This document shows, piece after piece, positions 48,901 to 59,117 of a stretch of DNA of 64,000 bases. Under the pieces are notes generated by a model. It was not told the DNA's origin. It saw nothing but the letters and a program-made list of their open reading frames with translations, and ran no database searches. The stretch comes from Raillietiella orientalis. Its lineage: Eukaryota. Position 1 is the first letter of the stretch; every line of letters begins with the position of its first letter. Both the position numbers and the translations under genes were made by a program. Location of the stretch: NCBI GenBank assembly GCA_036172245.1, contig JAYWIR010000054.1, forward strand, positions 248,001 to 312,000, written 5' to 3'.

Positions 48901-50056
48901 CGGTAGCAAAGCGATCACTTCCAGAGGGCGCGACCCACGGTGGCTCTGGAGAGAGCCACAGGGAACCACCCAAGCTCGGACGAGGGGCAGTCGAACCACG
49001 GAAGAGAAGGGATGATAGGCGGGGTCGCTGCAGCAGGCCTTCGGGAGGGCCGCGTCATCGAGGGAAACCCATCCGTCCGGGACCGGAGCACGGACGCCCT
49101 GCGGGCTAACCGCACCCTACATGCCGCCTCGGGCGAAGAAGACCCGGTGCAAGTTGATCCGCTCAACCCGGGTCAGCAGCCTGAGCTCCCGGGTCGGAGA
49201 AACGGGCTAGGTTGTGGCAGCAGCACAATCCCACCACCTCCTTCGTCATCTGCAGGGCACGTCCTCTCAGGGAACTGAGCCCCCCGGGAGAAACGGGGAG
49301 AGGAAGAAGGCACATGGCCTCCCAATCCCTCATCCATTGCTTCCTCCCCTTTCCCTCTCTCCTCCTCCTTCTCTCCCAATTCCTCCTCCCTTTCTCCTAC
49401 TTCCGCACCTCCCTTTCTCTTTCTTTTCCTCCTTTTCCTCCCTTTCTCTCCCTCCTCCTTTCCTCCTCTTCTCTTACTCATCCGCTCCTCCCCCTCGTCG
49501 TCTCTTCTTCCTCCCTCCCCCCCTCTCCTGCCAGAAGGGACCCTCTCCGCCTGCTGTGCCCGGCGACGCCGATGGGTGGCGCAGAGCGGACGCGGTGCTG
49601 CCGCGAACGAAGACTCGGAGATCGCAGGAACCGCACTTCCACTTCATCCCACTTCCATTGTCCCACGATGGGAGGCCAGAGAAGTCAGCCTGGACGCCTT
49701 TCTCTGGTGGGATCGCCAGAGGGCGTGGAGGCCTCTCCTCTCCATCTTGTTGTTGGGGGAGAGGGGAGGGGGGAGGATGGAGCATCCGCTCGCTGTTCCC
49801 GGGCCCTCTGAGCTGCCCCCTTCCCCTACGCCCACGGGAATCCCCGCCTGGAGATGTACTAAGGAAGAGGAAGACGGGAAGAGCAGGGAAGGTGGGACGA
49901 GGGGTCAACAGGCACGACCCTTGAGGCACCCTCCCTCCCTCCCCGATCCCCGAGAAACAAGGAATGCACTTACATCCAGGAGCCCGTGTGGGGCTCCAGA
50001 AGGTTCCGTGGGGCCAGGAGAAGCAGCGCGAGCAGCGGCAGGCACAGCTTTCTCAT
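12772..50056 (-). CDS. Wnt5: Wnt5 ligand, spliced: join(complement 50056-49974, 27375-27119, 18546-18366, 18090-17979, 15693-15591, 13172-13005, 12959-12772); 363 aa
   Basis: Exons were assembled by hand; all introns are GT..AG with matching phases, and the total of 1092 nt ends in TGA. Wnt motifs: [83 protein letters not shown] is characteristic of the Wnt5 subfamily. Confidence 0.93.
13005..13172 (-). CDS. Wnt5: Wnt5 coding exon 6 ([11 protein letters not shown]...[14 protein letters not shown])
   Basis: Acceptor gtcgtttcag|GT, donor TTC G|GTAATT; 168 nt. Confidence 0.88.
15591..15693 (-). CDS. Wnt5: Wnt5 coding exon 5 ([34 protein letters not shown])
   Basis: Acceptor cttccttccag|GCC, donor ATC G|GTAAG; 103 nt; contains the Ser of the Wnt palmitoleoylation motif. 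Confidence 0.95.
17979..18090 (-). CDS. Wnt5: Wnt5 coding exon 4 ([12 protein letters not shown]...[12 protein letters not shown])
   Basis: Acceptor ttctcttgcag|G, donor CGG|GTACG; 112 nt. Confidence 0.95.
18366..18546 (-). CDS. Wnt5: Wnt5 coding exon 3 ([16 protein letters not shown]...[15 protein letters not shown])
   Basis: Acceptor ctcttttcag|CC, donor TAC AG|GTACA; 181 nt. Confidence 0.95.
27119..27375 (-). CDS. Wnt5: Wnt5 coding exon 2 ([11 protein letters not shown]...[19 protein letters not shown])
   Basis: Acceptor ctctatccccag|A, donor ATC C|GTAAGT; 257 nt; lies inside ORF 26610..27407. Confidence 0.95.
32880..33175 (+). pseudogene. Frameshifted reverse-transcriptase fragment of a non-LTR retrotransposon (R2/NeSL/Utopia-like)
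   Basis: Joining two frames gives [19 protein letters not shown]...[13 protein letters not shown] / [23 protein letters not shown] / [14 protein letters not shown]. This resembles the N-terminal RT blocks (WK...T.LI.K...WRPI, ..RL..W......QKGF..G..EH) of LINE ORFs. Confidence 0.75.
33205..33460 (-). mobile_element. tRNA-derived SINE, copy 1
   Basis: Pol III box B GGTTCGAATCCC (33373-33384, minus strand); the body (CAGGCC.ACCAGC.TCATC...) aligns by eye with 53860-54070 and 62449-62710. Confidence 0.7.
36140..36945. repeat. Degenerate AT-rich trinucleotide-like (TAT/TAC/CAT) low-complexity tract, split by the MITE-like insert
   Basis: Runs such as ttattactatgattactctatcactactattatg on both sides of 36464-36751. 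Confidence 0.7.
36464..36751. mobile_element. MITE-like insert with imperfect ~30-bp terminal inverted repeats and an internal 93-bp-period duplication
   Basis: 36464-36493 and 36722-36751 match as inverted repeats at 22/30 positions by my count. Near-identical units start at 36540 and 36633. The GC-rich block interrupts an AT-rich tract. Confidence 0.5.
38345..38570. repeat. Degenerate ~15-bp minisatellite (consensus approx. AAAGTGCAGCAYAYG)
   Basis: aaagtgcagc / aaagtgtggc / aaagtcgcagc / aaactgcagc recur at roughly 15-nt spacing. Confidence 0.65.
40620..40830. repeat. ~51-bp tandem repeat, 3-4 diverged copies
   Basis: Units start at about 40666, 40717, 40768 and 40820 (CCAGCATT..CAATCCATTGTTTCAC..TCTCTCATTGTTGC). 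Confidence 0.8.
49320..49530. repeat. Polypyrimidine (C/T) low-complexity tract in Wnt5 intron 1
   Basis: About 200 nt that are almost entirely C/T on the plus strand. Confidence 0.85.
49974..50056 (-). CDS. Wnt5: Wnt5 coding exon 1 (signal peptide [28 protein letters not shown])
   Basis: ATG followed by a basic-then-hydrophobic leader, ending TGG AT|GTAAGT (consensus donor). Phase 2 joins exon 2 to give GSWI-NLGKQGY. Too short to appear in the ORF track. Confidence 0.85.
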
Positions 50057-50399
50057 CTCGACCACGTGGCGGGAAGCATCCCGGGGAGGCGGAGGAGCGG
50101 GGGAGATGGGGGCGGCGAGGTCGTGCGGTGGGGACGGCCGCCTCTGCACATCCGCGTCCGGGGGGTAACCCCCGCTGCCTGTGGGGTTCCGGGGGGGGCG
50201 AGGCAGAGGTCGGAGTGGGCAAGATGGAGGGTCGTCGGGGAGGGGTCACGGGCCGCGAGCCCGAGGGAGCGCAAGGGGGAGCGCGAAGGAGAGGAGGCCC
50301 TTCCTTCCCTTCACCGCCGCCCGCTGCTCGGCTCCTTCCTCGTTGCCACGGCTGCAGGGGAGGCGGTCCGGACGATGCTGGCGTCCCCGAGGCGCGCGC

Positions 50400-50650
50400 T
50401 GCCTTCTGACCGACCTGAGCTGCGCGCGCGCGCGCACGCAGAACCCACCGCTCGTCAGGCTGGAGCGCGCAGCGCGGAACTGACGCGCGCCGGCCGGCTC
50501 GCCGACCGCAGCGCCCCGCGCCGACGCCGACGCCGCCTGATTGGCCGCTTCCTCAGCGGCCCTCCCGGCCACGGCAAATGGCAGCGGCGCCGGGCGGTGC
50601 TCCGCCCGGCGAGCCTCTCGTCCGCCTCCCCCTACCTTCCCGCCGCCGGA
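50400..50650 (-). promoter_or_regulatory. Candidate GC/CpG-rich Wnt5 proximal promoter with CCAAT box
   Basis: Very GC-rich stretch 350-600 nt upstream of the ATG; CGGCCAATCAG on the minus strand (core at 50540-50544). Confidence 0.45.
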
Positions 50651-50799
50651 CCTCGGGACGCGCGCCTACCTCCCCTGCGCGGCACGGGGTCCACCCCCAT
50701 CCCCTTTCTCGGACCCGAAACGTCGCCCGCTCTTCCCTCTCCTGGAAAGCCGCCTACACCCTCCATCTCGATGGAAAGCGCAGCGCTGGGGTTGAGTGG

Positions 50800-51040
50800 G
50801 GAAGGAAGACGAGAAGATGGAGGGGAGAAGAAGAGGGGAGAGGAGGAGGAAGAGGCGGGAAAAAGGAGGAGAGGATTGGAGAGGAGGAGGGGGAGAGAAG
50901 AGGGAGACGGGGAGGAAGAGAGGATAGGAGATAAGAGGAAGAGGAGGAGAAGAAGAGAAGGAAGAAGAAGAGGAGGGGAGGAGGACGGGAAGAAGATTTG
51001 TGAGTGCGGAATGGTGGGATGAAGGAGGAGAAGAAGGAGT
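50800..51040. repeat. Polypurine (G/A) low-complexity tract upstream of Wnt5
   Basis: About 240 nt that are almost entirely G/A on the plus strand. Confidence 0.85.
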
Positions 51041-53859
51041 AAAATGCAGGACGCGGAACGTATCCATGCCCACGTAATTCGGAGGCTGCCTGGCTGGAGC
51101 AGTTCCCTGCACTCTTCTCCTGTCACTTCCTCCTCTCCACCACCGCCGCCACTGCTGGTTCGCCCTCCGTCCTCGAGGCGGCTTCTTGTGCAGATGAGGT
51201 CATTTCCCGGACATGAATGCGCAGAAGCATCCTTCCCTCAGGAAACCTCCTCCGACTCCAAGGCGACCGCTCCCCTCAGACTGGGAGGGCTCCCACTGGT
51301 GGAGCGACCCCCTCTTGCTGCTTCTGCCCCAGACAGACTCGGTTCGGCAAGGGGGATGAAGGCGGCGGAGAAAGAGCTCTCGTGTCCAGCCCGCCAGGGT
51401 TCCCCGTGTGACGGCGAGCGAGGACTGCGTTCTTCCCGGCGACGCCATCTCCGCGTCTCAAGCACCGGGAAGGAGTCCCGGGCGGCAGGAGCGAAAGCAG
51501 CGCGGCGGGAGAGGCGAGGCGTTCATCTGGCCGCACGCCCGCATGGAAAAGGGCGCCTCCCTCGGCAGGTTGACCCACAAGGTCTCTGCCACGCCTCAGG
51601 TTCTGTTCTTCCTTCAGGAGTGCGCGCGTCCCTGGCGGCGAAGCCCGACGGGGGTTCCCCGCAGCGCATCGCACCGAAGACCTCTCCCTGCTGCTCCCTA
51701 CGAGATGGAAATCAGGAAGGCCCGCTGCCACGCGGTTTCCGGATCGCATCTGCGAGCTCCGCCGCCAGGTCTGAACTTTCTCCTCCTCCGCTGGAGCAGC
51801 GGCGGCGCAGCCAAGGGTGCCGCGACGCTTGAAAGTGCCTGAAGGCTCCTGCGGATGGCAGTCGTCTGCGAAGCAGTGCGGGGTGGCGCCGCGCAAGCAG
51901 ATTTTTTGGCGGCGAAAAAAAAAAAACACACATAGGAGCGAAGGAGAGAAAAAAGACGAGCTGCTTTTTTTTTTTGCGCGCGCGCGCGCGTTTCCCTTGA
52001 CAACGGCGGAAGGTTTCGGGTGTTTTAATAACCGGAAGTGTTGCGTTTTGTGGCAAAAAGGAGAGCTGCACTTCCTGCCAGCCGAGCGGACCGGCTGCGG
52101 CGGCAGGCGGTGCAGCCAGGAAGGCGCGAGGGGAAGCGACCGGACGGAGGCCCACTTCCGGTCGGACTGCTTCCCCGCAAAATGAGAGACGTTCGGAGGG
52201 TCAGCCCACTCCGGCCGGCTTCCTCTTTCTGCCTCCCTTCATCAGCGAGCGTCTCTCTCCATCGCTTCCTCCAGCCTCGCCAGGCACGAAGGAAAACGGG
52301 CGGCCTCTGGCGCTAAGTCCCTGCGGGGTTCTGCGGGGGGCCGAGAGCGATCGAAGGAACTGGCGGGGTCCCTCGTCGCAGACTCGGACCGCAGGCGCTT
52401 GGAGCAACGGCGCGATCCCGGCGCTTTCCCCACCGAGGCGAATGATCCCCATGCTGGACAGGCATCCGCCCCTGGATTTCCTGTAGATCTGCGATCTGAG
52501 AACCTTGGAAGAAGGAAGCAGTGGGCACCTGGATCCGTACCACTGGCGCCTATGCGGAATTTCTGCACCCTGGGCAAGACCCGGGACGGTTTTTTTCCTG
52601 CACGCAGCACCGCGCTAAGTGGGCCCTGGTCACCTCCATGCCCCAGAAGTTGCTCCATCCTCCTCGTGGTGAGAAAAACGACTGCCCTCTACCAGCGGGA
52701 CGGACGTGGGTCCGAGAAAACTCTTGATAGGGCAACTGACTCAGAAGCGGCGAGCCCATTACAGTGCCCCGGGGCTGCTAGGAAGAGAGGACGTCCATAG
52801 AGCACTCCGTTCCTGAGGAGTTCCACGCTTCCTGTCGAAGTAAAGAGGCTTGGCCTTCCCTTGCGATCCTGCCCGCGGGCATCACTAGATTCCAGGAACA
52901 GACGCCCTCGGGATGCGCCAAGTGCAGGGCGTCCAGGATCGTCAGGAATGGACACGCCTATCCCTTGGAACCCAGTCGTGCCAAGGGGCAGTGAAGGGAC
53001 GGTGATCCGGGAGCTGTGCTCCTTCGGTTCCTCGTTTCCTCTTCTCTTCCTCCATCAATTCCTCTCCTTCGTGGGTGCCTTCCTCTTCCATTTCTCCTTT
53101 CCCTTTCGGGACGAACCGCAGTCGGCGGGAACAATTTCGAGACGGGGTCACGTGTTGGGCAGTGGCGGGCACCCCCATTCTCGCGTCGGAAGAGATCAGC
53201 GGCGCGGCTGACAACCCGCCACCAGAATTGGCTTGCTCCAGACGAGACTTGGAGGCGCTTCCGTGACCGCTACTCCCGCTCATTGGACTTCCGTCTGAGT
53301 CCGCGATGAGCGCTGCTCGCTTTGCCTGCTGTTAATCTTCGCTAAGAGCTGAAGAATCGATCGCTCCCTTGAGGGGAGGTGGTCACGAAGCTCTTTAGCG
53401 CTGTCCACGCCACCCGAGGGTACCTATAACTCTTCAAGTTGGGGGTAACACGGAAGGGACCACCCTATGAATCTAGGAAAGGGTCCGAAAGAAGTAGCCC
53501 GTTCCTCTTGCGTCCGATAGGCAAACGCAGAAGGGAACCTCCTCCTTGTTGCCTCCGGAGTGACCTCCCGAAGGGGGAGACACTCCTTGTTTCGTCTTCG
53601 GAAGCCAGCTCAGAGGCAACCCGGAAATGATCATCTCCTGGGATTTCTTTTCCGGAGGGAATGCCTGCAAGGAAACCGTTCCTTGCTCTCTCCTCCCCTG
53701 AAGAGGAACCCGAAGGGAGCAGAGCTCTTCCTAAACCCTGGAGAGGTCACCCACTCAGAGGGGAGTTAACCAGCACAAAGTCACGCGATAGAGAGTCCTT
53801 CCCCAAAAGGAAGGGGCGGCTCCAGTTTCGAGGCCGGAGGGGAACCCCGAAGGGCTCCC

Positions 53860-54070
53860 TGATTCCCGGAAGGGACTCCGGAGGGTCAACTCCCCATCTC
53901 GGCCAATCGACGACAGCATCCGAAGTTTCCGGCTTCCACCGGTGACGAAGCCTGCAGGCCAGCCAGCGTCATCTTTTCAGGGAGAACTCGAAACCCCTAC
54001 GACGCCCCATCCCTCCCACATTTCTCGGCCTCGATCCTTCCCAGGGCGGGATTGGTGTCACTCGCGTCCT
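53860..54070 (-). mobile_element. tRNA-derived SINE, copy 2 (head degraded)
   Basis: Shares GAGGGTCAAC, CTTCCACCGGTG and CAGGCCAGCCAGCGTCATC blocks with the other two copies; box B has decayed. Confidence 0.6.
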
Positions 54071-54932
54071 TACCGATTTTCATGACTGCGAGTCGGGAAC
54101 GGAATTTTACCCCGAATGATCTCTTCACTGCTCAGCCTCCCAGACACATGCCCACCGGCCACCATCACCGTCAAGGGTGGATGAAGGCGCTCGCAACCGC
54201 AAAGCTCTTGCTAAATGGAGGAACCGCATGGCCACAGGAGCTCCCTTCAAGGATCCGTCAGTGGTAGTCGCAAGCGTTTTCCCCCCCGTTTCCTGGTGAA
54301 GCTTCCAAAAGAACGCCTTCTGGGTCGGAAGATGAAACCCGGACAAGTCTCCTGGGTATCGGCATACCTCTGTGCGTTCTTAACCCGCCCACGTTGCTTC
54401 CGTTTCTCGGCCCGCGAAGCGGCCGAGGTCACCAGCAACTCGCTGTGATCTTTCACCTTTCCAGGACCACTCCTAGGTGATAATGAATTGCTTTTCGGTG
54501 AAACGGTGCTGCTCTGGTGAATACAAAAGGAAGAACCTGGAAGGATGGCGGTCTCCACGAGCGACAGGGATGGCATCAGCTGGGAACATGCGCGCGCTGG
54601 AAAACGTGGTCGTTTCTGTCCTGAAAGAAGATGAGCCATCTACCCCCAAAAAACACGGAGCGGAACCAGCCGATTGCGGTCGTGAACTTTGCATCATCTC
54701 GCAGCTGCTACTTTCTCGCAATTTGCTGCATTCAAGATAACATATTTGGGATCGTTCGTCATCCAAAGATCGAGAAACTGAGACACATCTTGAAGGCTGA
54801 AAATTTTTTGTTACTTCCTGTTGTTTGTCGACGGGTCTAGCATCCTAGAGAAAGATGGTTTCCCTCTTTGTGCAAAAGAAGAACTGATTCGTTTTCGCAA
54901 CTCAGGAACGCGCGTCAGAAATTCCAAGAATT

Positions 54933-57442
54933 CCTCTCTATCTGAGGTCTTCCATAGATCAGCACGAAGCACGGGAGTTTTCAACTGTCCTCTCCATCCG
55001 AGGTCTTCCTCAGAAGATTGCGGGTCGTCCGAAATTCCAACAATGGCCCTTCATGTGAGGTCATTCTCCACGCTGTCCTTAGAGGAACTGTCCCCGCGAA
55101 AGAGATCTTCCACCGTGCAACTTTCGTGTCCATCCTTTGCCCATCAATGGCTGCTTTCTTCCTCTTTGGCACCTTCCTTTCTCGAAGTTCGCTGGGTGCC
55201 AGCGCCAGCCTTCTTGATGGAATCGCAAGGAAGGAATTCCGCGCTCCTCCCTTTTTGCGGCTCCGGCACGCCGCCCGCCTGGGCCCTGTTGCGGCGGCTT
55301 CTCCACGAGCGACTCTTGAGATGGCCCCGCCACCTCACAATTACGCGATCAATGCACCGTCGAAGGCCGAAACCAGAAGTTGCACCTATTAAGACATTTC
55401 GTGATCACCGCAAAGTGCTTTCCGAACGCATTCTTGCTGGGAAAGAAGGAGGGAGGAAAGGGAATTTTTTTTTTTTCTTTTCTTTCTTCCATTCACCGCC
55501 CTCTCGCTCGAGATGGCGCTTCCTGCGGCGGGTCGCTCAGAGTGGCAGCTCTCCTCCTGCGGGCGCGAAGTTGCGCAACTCTTCCCTCCTCGCACGCTAA
55601 GGAAAACGCTCGGCATCCCCCAGAAACAGGAGCCGCCCCCTTCTTCGAGCCCCCTCTGCAAAAAAAAAAAAAAAAAGAGAGAGGGAAAAGAAAAGAGAAA
55701 AGAGGAAGGGGGTAAAAAAAAATCAGGAAGGCATCTAAGAGGTGCGAGAGCTGGTGGTGGAGGGGGAGGAGTCGTCCTCACCATCACCGGCTCGCGAAGG
55801 CGACGACTTGGTGGCGCCGCCTGCTCTCCCGGGAGGGGTGCGAAGAGACGCCCCGCACGCGCGAGATTGTGCGGGGGACTTCGTTCCGGCGCGCGGCCGC
55901 TTGCGGCTTCCCCCCGCTTCCAGAAGTGACGTTCCTGTCGCCACCCTGCGCGGCGGCGGCGCTCGCTCTGTTTGCACTTTAGGGAGAGACCCCGAGATGA
56001 ACCTTCGATTCATCCGCCCGCTGTCGTATCTTATCGGTCGGCAAACACGCGCGCGGCTCGAGGAAAAGAGTCCGCTCCATCCCGGAAGACCGGAGGGCCC
56101 GGAGAGGCAGCTGCCAAAATCCATCAAGCGAGGACCCCAGCCTCCCGCTCGGGCGACTCCGCGCGCCCCGTGGATCGGCGGGGCGCCCGTCGCGCGCGCC
56201 CTCGGAAGCTGTGGAGGACCGCAGCGCACGCGCGCTGCCGCTCCCGTCCGGGGAGCGACGCGGAAAAGGCGGAGAGCTCCTTCGTGACCCGTTCAGGCCC
56301 GGGCAGGAGTCCTCCCCCTCCTTTCCGGCCGCCCGTGGTGGTCTCGCGGGGGAAGTGAACCCGCCGGGCGAGGATGGGAAGGGGGAGGAACCCGGCCATC
56401 TTCGCCGCGTCTCCGTCCCTGAGTCCAGTCGGAGTTATAAATAAAACTGTCACGGAACGTCAAAAACTAATTAGTCTCCCCCCCCTCCCTTCACGTCCGT
56501 TTCGATGGCAACGCCTATCCGAGAATACGGCCGACGCGAATACACGCTGGCGAGCCTTGCCGGGAAAAGTGATTATAGGGAGCGCGAGGAACCTACTAAC
56601 CGGGTTTCCGCGTGCGGACCTGGCGGTGTGCACCGCCAGCATCAAACTCGACCGCCGCTCGGACGACGTCCGTTCCTATCGGTGGCTCGGGACTCCCGCC
56701 CACGTCCCGGGGACGGCAAGCTGCGGCACCGTCGCACCCTCACACCGCGAAGAGGTCTGGTGAAACGAGGCAGGAGCGGGAGTGGGCCACCCGGTCGGGT
56801 CGCGACAGTATAATGAACGGACTTGCAGCTGTTGTGGCAGAGCACATGTGGTTCATAACACGCCTGCACTTTACAAGGGACCTGCAGAGTTGCCGGTGAG
56901 CGGGCCGGAGAGGCTCGCCTCGGCAGCGGCGGCTAGGAGGGGATACGAAAAGGGAAACAAAATAAAAAACACCACAGAAGACCGACGAGGGGTCACGGTT
57001 CACTGCATTCCTTCCAGGATGCCGGCTAGGGTCCGTGTCTAGTGTGGTCGCCAAGGTCTGGTCATCTAGCCGCCATCCGCAAAAAGCGGAGCGCGTAGTC
57101 AATGGCGTCCCTCTCGTGCGATCCTCTTCCAGCGACTCTCCAGGCGGTCACAATCCTACGGATGCAGCAAAGAGCTGCCAAGGCTGCAGCTGGAGGTGCA
57201 GCATCCCTCACGAAGAGGATGAACGCCAAAGATGGACTCGAAAGGACGGACACCAGAGATGCTCAGTCACGCGGTGGGAGACCTCTTCCGCAGGGACAAT
57301 TCCTGCGAGGACAGCATGGAGGAAGACCTCAGATGAAGAAAATCTGTTGGAATTTCTGACGCTTCGCAATCATCTGAGGAAGACCTCGGATGGAGAGGGC
57401 AGTTGCTTCGCACTGATCTATGGAAGAACTCACGAAGAGAGG
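54933..57442. repeat. Diverged inverted repeat pair (54933-55117 vs 57270-57442)
   Basis: CCTCTCCATCCGAGGTCTTCCTCAGA is perfectly inverted at about 57374-57400, and the flanks align with one indel. Confidence 0.85.
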
Positions 57443-59046
57443 TCGTAGAACGCTCCTGCGGTTGCCAACCCGGGTCCGCAGCCCTCCCGAAACGTTCCCA
57501 CAGGAGCCGCAAAGCGACACTGTCCACAAGCAGGTGCGGGAGACATTCCCGTTCCCCGCACCTGAGCTTTTCATTAGGTGACGACGGGACGTTTGTTTAA
57601 AAAAAATACACGATAAGGCAGAGGGGGATGCTGTCATCTCAATACAAGAGATGCCAGGGAAAAAAGGAAATAACGTTCATTAGGGGTGACCACCGGCACG
57701 CAAGGTGGCTTCCAAAAAGTAGGCAACGGAAGGAGGGGACAACAAATAAATAGTCATTGGCTTCATTTGTTCCTTCCTCTAGAAGCGGATCCTTATGGAG
57801 GCGATCTCACTGATGTCTCTTCTGGCAGTTGAGGCCACCTTGCAGCCGGCCTCATGAAGGTGGCTGCCGAGCTGCTGACCTCCCTTCGCTGCGAACCTGA
57901 CTCCAGCACACATCAAGGACTGTCACTACGAAGCAGATGCAGCGCCCGTCTTCAGCCCGCCTGGAGTGAAGAAGAGCCGCAGCAAGTCCGCAGCAGAGTC
58001 CTTCGATCGGCGGAGCGCCGCCCGAAGGATGGTGCTGGTCCCCGCAACGTGTCCTCCAGAACACCACCAGTCCGGACCGACTGAGGCAGAAGCCCGGACT
58101 CGTGCTTCCCAGCGTCCAGTGATGCCGACAGGAGCCGCAGGGAAGACCCCGATGCGGCAGCAGGAGTGCTTACTCCTGCGACTTCAGAGGGAAAGCGCTG
58201 CTGTTGAGGAAAGTCCGGGATCCACTGCAGGTCTTCGCAAGGAAAACCGAGCAGCTCGCCCCAGTGTGAAAGTGTCCACGTGGAAGGATATTCGGGTCGC
58301 TGCGTTGGTCAACTTCTCCATGGTGCAACCACTTATTTCCTTTTCAGGGAGAACGGGGATGGATCCAGACTGCAGTAGGTGCGTAGAACGCGAATCCCTC
58401 CCCTCGCCTGCCCGTGGTCGTGTTGCCCTGCGGCTGCTGTGGGGACGCTTTGCAGCTATGGAGCTGGTGGATCGATACCTGTCCAGACTTCCAGGAAGCG
58501 CGCTTGTCCTTCCAGAGGACGACCATTCAGAGAAATTTGGAAAGCCGCGGTCTGCTCCGGCTACCCTCTCGTTCTGGGGCTGTCCGGATCTTCCGCAGTG
58601 GGCAGCGGGCGTATTTGCCGAATCGCAGGCAGTTCCACTCCTCCAACCTCGCGACTAGGAGAGGACGAAGAAGTCGGAATGCCATTCACTGGGCAGCAAT
58701 CTCTTTGGAGAAGGCTTCCCGTTGGCGCCGACTTAGACAGCATATGCCGGCACTTGTTCGCATCCAAAACCGGATGCAGTGGCCGCCTCACGGAGTACCG
58801 TGATCCCTTCCTTTCCCTCCCCTCCCCAAAAAACCTTGTTCCCCCAGGCGTTTTTCTTTTTTTGTTTTTTCCCGCCCCGGCGCCAGTAAAGTGGCCCTTA
58901 CCGGCCTAAGGGTCGGTGAGGACAAGTGCTCCAAGACAGTTTGGACATGTGTGTTGACTGAAAAAAAACAAAAACAAAAACATTGACAAGAAAACGATTT
59001 TATTATGAAATTTTTCTTTGTAAGAATTTATAAAAATTTTTACAAA

Positions 59047-59117
59047 GAAAATCCACTCACCCGGGTGAAAATCCACTCCTGCGAGCTCACCCGGGTGAAA
59101 ATCCACTCCTGCGAGCT
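59047..59117. repeat. 30-bp perfect tandem duplication containing the palindrome TCACCCGGGTGA
   Basis: CTCACCCGGGTGAAAATCCACTCCTGCGAG at 59056 and 59086, plus a partial copy before it. Confidence 0.9.

Noticed and set aside
49964..51022. 352-aa plus-strand ORF antisense to Wnt5 exon 1
   Set aside because: Low-complexity product of stop-poor GC-rich and GA-rich DNA; no recognisable domain
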